This document shows, in pieces, positions 32,110 through 37,738 of a stretch of 37,738 nucleotides of DNA. Origin of the DNA: an uncultured Isosphaeraceae bacterium (GTDB lineage: Bacteria > Planctomycetota > Phycisphaerae > Phycisphaerales > SM1A02); assembly GCA_964609425.1 (NCBI GenBank), contig CAZSSV010000001.1, forward strand, positions 905 through 38,642. Direction: 5' to 3'. The first letter of the stretch is position 1; each line of letters opens with the position of its first letter. The notes under the pieces were generated by a model. The model was given only the letters and a program-made list of their open reading frames with translations, ran no database searches and was not told the origin of the DNA. A program made the translations under genes and the position numbers.

Positions 32110-33804
32110 TCACTGGGGCTGAATGAGCATGAGCACCAGACCGGTGCCGTCTTCAAGCGACGACATCGCCTTTCCGATGACCGCGCCACGGGTGTTGTCG
32201 AGGCCAGCCGCCGACATGGCGTGGCCCGAGGTTGCGGACGTCGTCAGCATGTCGCCTGGACGAATGGGTTGCGTCTGGGCGTCGCACTTGACCCACACCC
32301 GGCCGGTCAATGCCACGCGGTGCGATCCATCGACCACGCTTCCCTTCTGCCCGAGCGAGAGCCCCGGTCGAATGCCGCCAGCGCCGCTGATGACGCCAAC
32401 CACAGATGGGTCGGTGGCTCGCGAACTGATCACCAGGCCGCCCACGACTTCTGGATCGATGCAGACCACGGTCCCCGGGGCGGGGTCGCCGCCACGCACA
32501 TTGAATCGTTCACAGAGGTCCGCGCCGCCATTGACCTGGACTTCATCGCAGATCACGCGGCCCATGCCGTTGTAGGCGGTGTCGAGTTCGATGACCGTGT
32601 CACCGGCGCTGTTGCGGAGTTTGAGCGAGCCATGGCGCATGCTGTCATTCGTTTCGGTCCCGAGATCCACCAGGTTGGTTCCGGACTCGTCCTTGATTCT
32701 CAGACCCCATCCATCGGCCGAGGTTGACCAGCGGCCGAGGACGATTTCTTCGGACTCGGTTGATGCGTCGCGGAACTTCAAGGTTGGGTAGGAACCGTCG
32801 ATGGAGAGGTCGATCTCGTCAACACCGTCGTGCGCCATTCGGAACTGAAGCAGGTCATCCTGCGCGGCCACAAACATCTGATCCGCACCATCGGGCGTTG
32901 TCCAGGAGGACAGCGGGCCACCGTCATAGCCCCAGTGTGTGATCTGGGCGCTGGTCGCGTTGCCGCTGAGGTTGAAGTAGCCACCGGCGAAGGGGCGGAG
33001 CGTGACTTCTTTGTCGCCGGTCGTGCCGTACATGTTGAGCGTGGCGTCGCCAAAGAGCACGGTCGAGATGTACATCTCGATCATGGAGTCGCCGTCGGTC
33101 CCCATGCGAAACACATTGTCCGTGCCACCGATGTGGAGGGCCGTCTGCGGATCGTCCGTGAGAATGCCGACATGGCCGCCGGAGTAGCTGATGGTGGACC
33201 CATCGATCTCCCAGACGGCGTCACCCATGGGCCCTTCCGGCCCTTCCGGACCCTCTGGGCCTTGGGCGCCCGGGTCTCCTTGCGGCCCTGGATCACCTTG
33301 CGGCCCCGGGTCGCCCTGTGACCCCGGCTCGCCCTGGGGCCCTTGAGCGCCATCTGAGCCACTGGCACCGGGGGGCCCCTGCTCACCCTGCTCGCCTTGT
33401 GGTCCGGCATCGCCCTGCTCGCCTTGTGGGCCCTCGTTGCCCGACAGCGCATAGAGCGCGAATGGGGCTGGCGCGAGGCGGTGCCTCGGCGTCATGGTCG
33501 TGCCGTTGACTTCAATCTCGAGATAGCGCTCTTCGCCACTGCTGAAGTCTGTGGTGGCAAACGCGAGGTCAGCGGTGAATCGTCCGTCCGTGACGATGAT
33601 CGCCGTTGGTGCCAGCTCGGCAATGAGACTGCCGCCGCTCTCTGCAGACCAGAGTCCGAACGCCATGTCCACGGATCCCTCGAAAGGACCGTCCGATTCC
33701 AGGAGCGTGCCTTCGTAGGTGATGGTCGGGGTGACTGGTGCGGCGCACACCCAGGGTGTGGCACACATGGCCAGAGTCGTGGCGAGTCGTGTCGTCATAC
33801 GCAT
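32110..33804 (-). CDS. Secreted collagen triple-helix-repeat protein with tail-fibre-like body and conserved beta-rich C-terminal domain (564 aa)
   Basis: Signal peptide [21 protein letters not shown]|AP. About 25 uninterrupted G-X-Y triplets ([15 protein letters not shown]...[13 protein letters not shown]). The C-terminal block GADLCERF...PGTVVCID...[10 protein letters not shown]...[11 protein letters not shown]...[17 protein letters not shown]...[11 protein letters not shown] is seen in many tail-fibre/collagen-like surface proteins. Confidence 0.85.
   Translation of the reverse strand: MRMTTRLATTLAMCATPWVCAAPVTPTITYEGTLLESDGPFEGSVDMAFGLWSAESGGSLIAELAPTAIIVTDGRFTADLAFATTDFSSGEERYLEIEVNGTTMTPRHRLAPAPFALYALSGNEGPQGEQGDAGPQGEQGEQGPPGASGSDGAQGPQGEPGSQGDPGPQGDPGPQGDPGAQGPEGPEGPEGPMGDAVWEIDGSTISYSGGHVGILTDDPQTALHIGGTDNVFRMGTDGDSMIEMYISTVLFGDATLNMYGTTGDKEVTLRPFAGGYFNLSGNATSAQITHWGYDGGPLSSWTTPDGADQMFVAAQDDLLQFRMAHDGVDEIDLSIDGSYPTLKFRDASTESEEIVLGRWSTSADGWGLRIKDESGTNLVDLGTETNDSMRHGSLKLRNSAGDTVIELDTAYNGMGRVICDEVQVNGGADLCERFNVRGGDPAPGTVVCIDPEVVGGLVISSRATDPSVVGVISGAGGIRPGLSLGQKGSVVDGSHRVALTGRVWVKCDAQTQPIRPGDMLTTSATSGHAMSAAGLDNTRGAVIGKAMSSLEDGTGLVLMLIQPQ
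33217..33441 (-). repeat. Collagen-like G-X-Y coding tract with internal 9-nt and 18-nt tandem repeats
   Basis: Residues approx 122-196 of the 564-aa protein. GDPGPQ appears in about three copies and GPE in three, visible as near-identical nucleotide units. Confidence 0.85.
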
Positions 33805-33829
33805 GTCGGGATCTCCTCCCTCTCTTGGT

Positions 33830-35446
33830 TCACCGGAAGACCGATGACCCTCCAGTGCTCTTGATCAGCATGCCGCGGACCGGGCCTGACGTGCTGTCGT
33901 CTTCGCAGTTCTTCATGATGACCGTGCCGCCCCAGCGGACGTTGATGTACCCCTCCCAGAGCGTGTCCCAGGGAAATGAGGCGCTGCCATTTTCGGTGCC
34001 GGTCCAGTTCGTATCGACGTACTGAACAGTCGACGCGGCGGTGATGTAGTCCGAGATCGTGTCCGAGACTTCGTCGAACATGCGCGAGCAGTCGTGCGTC
34101 GCATCGCCGGTGGCGTTGCCGCTGAAATCGATGGCGGGATTGCTGAAGAAGGGGATGCGCGTGCCGCCGAGCGCGTTGCGAGCCATGATCGTCCGTTCAC
34201 GGGTTCCAGAGGCGTTGTTCCAGTAGTGGCCGCACCCGTACTGGGCCACCCAGTCCGGGGTTCCGTCGCCGTTGTTGTCGTTCGGAAGCTGCTGGTCGTC
34301 GTGGTAGGCCCCCATATTGTGCCCTGCCTCGTGCGGCATGGACCACGTAGGAAGCGCCATGTTCTCCCAGTGACAGGTGTGGAACCCAATGTCTCGATTG
34401 GAGGTCGACTCCGTGATGGGCCGCCAGCCGAGGCCAAAGATGACGCAATTGCCACCCCCGCAATTCACGCCAGGATCAAGATCGTCGATCATGAATGTGA
34501 CGAGGTCGGCGCCGACCTGATCACGCCGCGTATGGACCCAGTCGATCAAGCCATCGTCATCGTCGGTGATCGCCTCGAGATGATCGCCATGTTCGTTGTT
34601 CAACCCGTCACCGTCCTGGTCGCCGGCGGTGGTCGTCTCGTCGTACGTCGCTTCTTCCATGCGGGCCAGTCGCAAGCGGTGGTCGACATCGCTGTCTGCG
34701 TAGATCTCATTTGCCGTATCGATGGTGAGATGGCCCAGCAATCGGGTAGCGCCGGTGCTGCCGATGGCGGCCCGCGCTCCGTCGGTGTAGACGATCATCA
34801 CATCCACAAACGGACTGCGGAGATTGTCGTCTGAGCCGCCGTCATCATCGTGGCGGTTGGCGCCGCCCCACGTTGACGGAAGTTCAGGTTGAAGGTGGGT
34901 GTGTGCGCCCATCTCAGAGACGGTGTTGCCGCACGCTGCGCCCGGTTGCTCCCGGGCCGACTGCACCAGGTGGAAGTTCTGCGCTCGCTCGCCAAGGAGC
35001 GAGAAGGAGCCTTCTGGGGCGTGGCGGATTTGCACCATGTCCGTGCCGCGGGCGATGTCGCCCAAGAGCATGCCGTCACCAATCTCGAGGACGACGAGCG
35101 ATCGTTCCGGGCCTCGAACGGTTCCGATGGCCGCGACAGTTCCGTCAGGGTGGCGAATGTGCCGTCGAAGATCGATGGTGACGGCTCCCATGTCGGGCAA
35201 GTCGAGCGCCAGTTCTGCGGCGCCGAACTCTGCAATCGACCGGAGCACGTCGGGGTCGAGGCTGACCACCTCGCGTGTCACCGCCACGGTGCTCGGTGCT
35301 TCGCCAAGTGCAAGCAGGGCGGTCGCCGCCGGCTCACCGATGAAAGGCGATCCCTGGATGCGTCTGGGGGCGGGATCCGTGTCGGCGTACAGCGGCGTCG
35401 CGGCAAGCGCCATCGCCACGCAGCCCCATCCCGTCGCGCTGCTCAT
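33830..35446 (-). CDS. Secreted zinc metalloprotease, metzincin (reprolysin/M12B-like), 538 aa
   Basis: [12 protein letters not shown] (HExxHxxGxxHD) at 34298-34333. Signal peptide [21 protein letters not shown]|D. GGAGGAG lies 4-5 nt upstream of ATG 35446. Asp-rich loops [11 protein letters not shown] and [11 protein letters not shown]. Confidence 0.85.
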   Translation of the reverse strand: MSSATGWGCVAMALAATPLYADTDPAPRRIQGSPFIGEPAATALLALGEAPSTVAVTREVVSLDPDVLRSIAEFGAAELALDLPDMGAVTIDLRRHIRHPDGTVAAIGTVRGPERSLVVLEIGDGMLLGDIARGTDMVQIRHAPEGSFSLLGERAQNFHLVQSAREQPGAACGNTVSEMGAHTHLQPELPSTWGGANRHDDDGGSDDNLRSPFVDVMIVYTDGARAAIGSTGATRLLGHLTIDTANEIYADSDVDHRLRLARMEEATYDETTTAGDQDGDGLNNEHGDHLEAITDDDDGLIDWVHTRRDQVGADLVTFMIDDLDPGVNCGGGNCVIFGLGWRPITESTSNRDIGFHTCHWENMALPTWSMPHEAGHNMGAYHDDQQLPNDNNGDGTPDWVAQYGCGHYWNNASGTRERTIMARNALGGTRIPFFSNPAIDFSGNATGDATHDCSRMFDEVSDTISDYITAASTVQYVDTNWTGTENGSASFPWDTLWEGYINVRWGGTVIMKNCEDDSTSGPVRGMLIKSTGGSSVFR

Positions 35447-35574
35447 CTGTCTCCTCCAATCCAACATTCGATCTCTCCGGGTACCCACCGTACCTTGCTC
35501 AGGCGGCAGATCAAAGAGAAAGGCCGAGCGACGGGGGGAATCGATGATGGGGTGCCTCAGCCGGCGTCTCCAGT

Positions 35575-36579
35575 TCACTTCGGACCCACCGGGGTGGCGT
35601 CCGGGTCATCCTCGCCGCCGATCAACCCAATGCCCACAGAGCAGGCAAACCCGATGACCACCAACGCCATGGCGGAGGCCCATTGCCCGCCCGTCGGCGT
35701 GAAGCCCTCGGTTGGCCAATGCTCTGGTTTGATGGTGGCGACGGTCGTCTCGGTGACGATCTGCCCGCGGACGACCTCGCCCACTTCCGGTGCGCGTGCA
35801 GCCTTGAATGGCCACAGTCCCAGGACCGCGCCGAGCAGCAGCCCGAGCAGGACACCGAGTGTGGCCTTCCGCGCGTGCTCCAGCGCCCACTTGACCGCAT
35901 TTGAGATCACAATGACACCGATGATGGCGCCAATTGCAACAGGCACAATGACGGCCATCGGCTCTGCAAAGCTTCCGCCATCCTGCGCGGCGGCTTTCAC
36001 ACCTTCGACCGCTCCGAGAACGATGAGGTACTCGCCGAGTATGAGCAGCACGTAACTACCGGAAAGCCCAGGCAGGACCATCGCGGCGCCGGCCGCGAGC
36101 CCGGCGATCAGGTGGAGCCACCACCCACCGCCCGTAGTTTCGGCGCTTCCACCCGACGATTGTGCGATGAACAAAAGGACCATGAACGCCACACCGAAAC
36201 CAGCACCGATCAGGGCCGCAGGTGTGATCGGTCTGACCAGCGACCAGAGAAGAGGAACCCCGCCGAGGGTCAGCCCGAGGAACAGGCTGTACATGACCCA
36301 CCGGTGCTCGTGGACGAGTTCCTTGACGACTCCCGCTCCGAGCAAGATCGCTGCACCAGCGCCAGCAACAATGACGGCCAGGGTCACGATGGCGTCGAGA
36401 GACCAACGGCATGTCGTCACTCGGGCGACAGCGGCCACGAATCGTCGATAGACGCCCGCGGCAAGCAGCATGGTGCCACCGCTGATCCCCGGGACGAGAT
36501 TGGCGAGTCCCATCAGGACGCCGCCGAGTCCGAAGCGAACGAGCAGTAACGGATTGGTGATTCGTGGACCGTCCGACAT
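35575..36579 (-). CDS. DUF368-family polytopic membrane protein (334 aa)
   Basis: LANLVPGISGGTMLL and MVLPGLSGSYVLLILG are the duplicated DUF368 signature. About 8 TM segments. Start at MSDGPRIT (ATG 36579); the longer track ORF is Arg/Pro-rich upstream. Confidence 0.8.
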   Translation of the reverse strand: MSDGPRITNPLLLVRFGLGGVLMGLANLVPGISGGTMLLAAGVYRRFVAAVARVTTCRWSLDAIVTLAVIVAGAGAAILLGAGVVKELVHEHRWVMYSLFLGLTLGGVPLLWSLVRPITPAALIGAGFGVAFMVLLFIAQSSGGSAETTGGGWWLHLIAGLAAGAAMVLPGLSGSYVLLILGEYLIVLGAVEGVKAAAQDGGSFAEPMAVIVPVAIGAIIGVIVISNAVKWALEHARKATLGVLLGLLLGAVLGLWPFKAARAPEVGEVVRGQIVTETTVATIKPEHWPTEGFTPTGGQWASAMALVVIGFACSVGIGLIGGEDDPDATPVGPK

Positions 36580-36653
36580 GGCGGCGAATGGTAGACGGCC
36601 TGGCCCCGTCAAGCGCATGGCGGAGGGGGCGCGGTCGGATTGTCTTCCTAGAC

Positions 36654-37727
36654 CTATCCGCCGATCGCAGACATGCCGCGGTCGGGTTGCTGAAACCCGG
36701 TGCGGCCGATGCTGTGCCCAGCTTGCTTGGTGTGGGCGGCGTCCACGAGAAATCTCGCGACATCGGGCGGCGTGGCTCCACTGCGGAGGAGCGGGCGAAT
36801 GTCCCACTCCGTGTTGCTGAACAGGCATGGGCGAACTGCACCTTCCGCGGTAACGCGCAATCGGTTGCACGCCCCGCAGAATGGCCGGGTGACCGCTGCG
36901 ATGACGCCGACCCGCCCCGGCGCGCCATCGGCAAAGCGATACCGGCGGGACGTGCTGTGCGGGTTGGGTAGGCGCTCTTCTTCGAGCGGATGGCGGCAGG
37001 CGATCGCGTTGATGATTTCATGCTCCGAAACGACGCGGTCTCGCGTCCAGGATCTTCCTGAGTCGAGCGGCATGTACTCGATGAAGCGAACGTCGATGTC
37101 CCGATCTCTCGCCAGATCCGCAAAGTCTGCGAACTCATCCTCATTGAAGTTCCGGAGCGCGACGACGTTGATTTTGGGTCTGTCCAGGCCGACGTCAATC
37201 GCGGTTTCGATCGACTTCATGACATCGTCCACGGTCGCCTTTGATCGGGTGATTTCAGCAAACCGGTCCGGCTGGAGTGTGTCGAGGCTGAATGTCAGCC
37301 TGGTCAGGCCGGCGGCACGCCAGCGGTGGGCCCGTGCCGGATCGAGCCGCCATCCGTTCGTCGTCATGGCGACGTCGTCGAGGTCTCGGCGGCCGAGTTC
37401 ACTGATGATGGAATCAAGCGCCGGGTACAGCGTTGGCTCGCCGCCGGTGATCCGGACCTTTCGGACGCCGAGCGAGATTGCGGCATCGACGATGAGGAGA
37501 TACTCGCTCGTCGAGAGGAGCGCTCGCTTTGGGAGAAACCGATCGTCCGGCTCCATGCAGTACCGGCACCGGAAGTTGCACCGGTCCGTGATGCTCATCC
37601 TCAGGTCATGAATGACGCGGCCGTGGGCGTCCCGCAGGTCTCCTCGATCATGGGATGCTTCAGGTGCCGCTGGAAGTGTCGGGTCGTCGAGTTGAGGGAG
37701 CGGGCGATCCATCGGGCCTCCCATCAT
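36654..37727 (-). CDS. moaA: GTP 3',8-cyclase (molybdenum cofactor biosynthesis, radical SAM)
   Basis: LRMSITDRCNFRCRYCM (CxxxCxxC), VRITGGEPT, and a C-terminal second-cluster region PFCGACNRLRVTAEG. The start may be 37727, 37724 or 37712. Confidence 0.92.
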   Translation of the reverse strand: MMGGPMDRPLPQLDDPTLPAAPEASHDRGDLRDAHGRVIHDLRMSITDRCNFRCRYCMEPDDRFLPKRALLSTSEYLLIVDAAISLGVRKVRITGGEPTLYPALDSIISELGRRDLDDVAMTTNGWRLDPARAHRWRAAGLTRLTFSLDTLQPDRFAEITRSKATVDDVMKSIETAIDVGLDRPKINVVALRNFNEDEFADFADLARDRDIDVRFIEYMPLDSGRSWTRDRVVSEHEIINAIACRHPLEEERLPNPHSTSRRYRFADGAPGRVGVIAAVTRPFCGACNRLRVTAEGAVRPCLFSNTEWDIRPLLRSGATPPDVARFLVDAAHTKQAGHSIGRTGFQQPDRGMSAIGG

Positions 37728-37738
37728 AGGGCCCCCGG

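Noticed and set aside
32110-33804. Collagen/tail-fibre-like protein as evidence of a prophage
   Set aside because: No capsid, terminase, portal, baseplate, integrase or lysis genes are present anywhere in the window. The flanking genes are a metzincin, a dockerin-like protein and housekeeping genes.
34889-37611. Long alternative-frame ORFs (34889-36055 +, 36056-37198 -, 36700-37611 +) across the metalloprotease, DUF368 and moaA genes
   Set aside because: They have low-complexity Arg/Ser/Pro/Ala composition and overlap genes with clear family motifs (HExxHxxGxxHD, the duplicated DUF368 signature, CxxxCxxC).
1-37738. CRISPR arrays, IS elements, integrases, toxin-antitoxin pairs or recognisable defence-system genes
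   Set aside because: I saw no spaced direct-repeat arrays, and no transposase, recombinase, nuclease-helicase or TA-like small-gene pairs in any frame. The window looks like core chromosome plus a few accessory surface-protein loci.

Overview
This is a dense, visibly GC-rich bacterial chromosomal segment (G+C not computed). I support 38 protein-coding genes and found no rRNA, tRNA, CRISPR array, transposase or integrase. Several traits together fit a Planctomycetota/Phycisphaerae-like Gram-negative organism, but this is inference only: an LpxC-FabZ fusion, dockerin-like DxDGDG loops, prepilin-type N-termini, a PTPS variant lacking the catalytic Cys, and many 4-nt start/stop overlaps.

The core theme is cell-envelope biogenesis:
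- lpxD-gcvT on the minus strand, diverging from bamA-skp-skp-lpxD-lpxC/fabZ-lpxA on the plus strand.
- A phosphohexomutase and a eukaryote-type UAP1-like UDP-sugar pyrophosphorylase.
- Two tandem DedA paralogs and a DUF368 protein.
- Housekeeping genes: a sigma-70 family factor, a QueD/PTPS-family gene, pdxJ, a Nudix hydrolase, phoU, truA, a PIG-L deacetylase, dut and moaA.

The parts most worth a second look:
1. A tightly coupled five-gene type IV pilus / type II secretion-like operon (14082-19808). It has a PilT-type rather than PilB/GspE-type ATPase, a GspF/PilC platform, two prepilin-type pseudopilins and a 782-aa GspK/PilX-like protein. No secretin, PilMNO/GspCLM, major pilin or prepilin peptidase lies in the window.
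2. A minus-strand operon (31704-35446) encoding a secreted metzincin, a collagen-repeat surface protein and a small membrane-anchored dockerin-like protein.
3. A 376-aa fusion (26552-27682) of a kinase-like fold with a degenerate P-loop and a nucleoside 2-deoxyribosyltransferase-like domain.
4. A 514-nt non-coding island (31190-31703). It carries a perfect CRP-type palindrome (TGTGA-N6-TCACA), an 11-bp-stem hairpin, and a GGA-dense purine tract flanked by hairpins, which is a candidate CsrA-type sponge RNA.

All functional calls come from reading motifs by eye. No database search was run.
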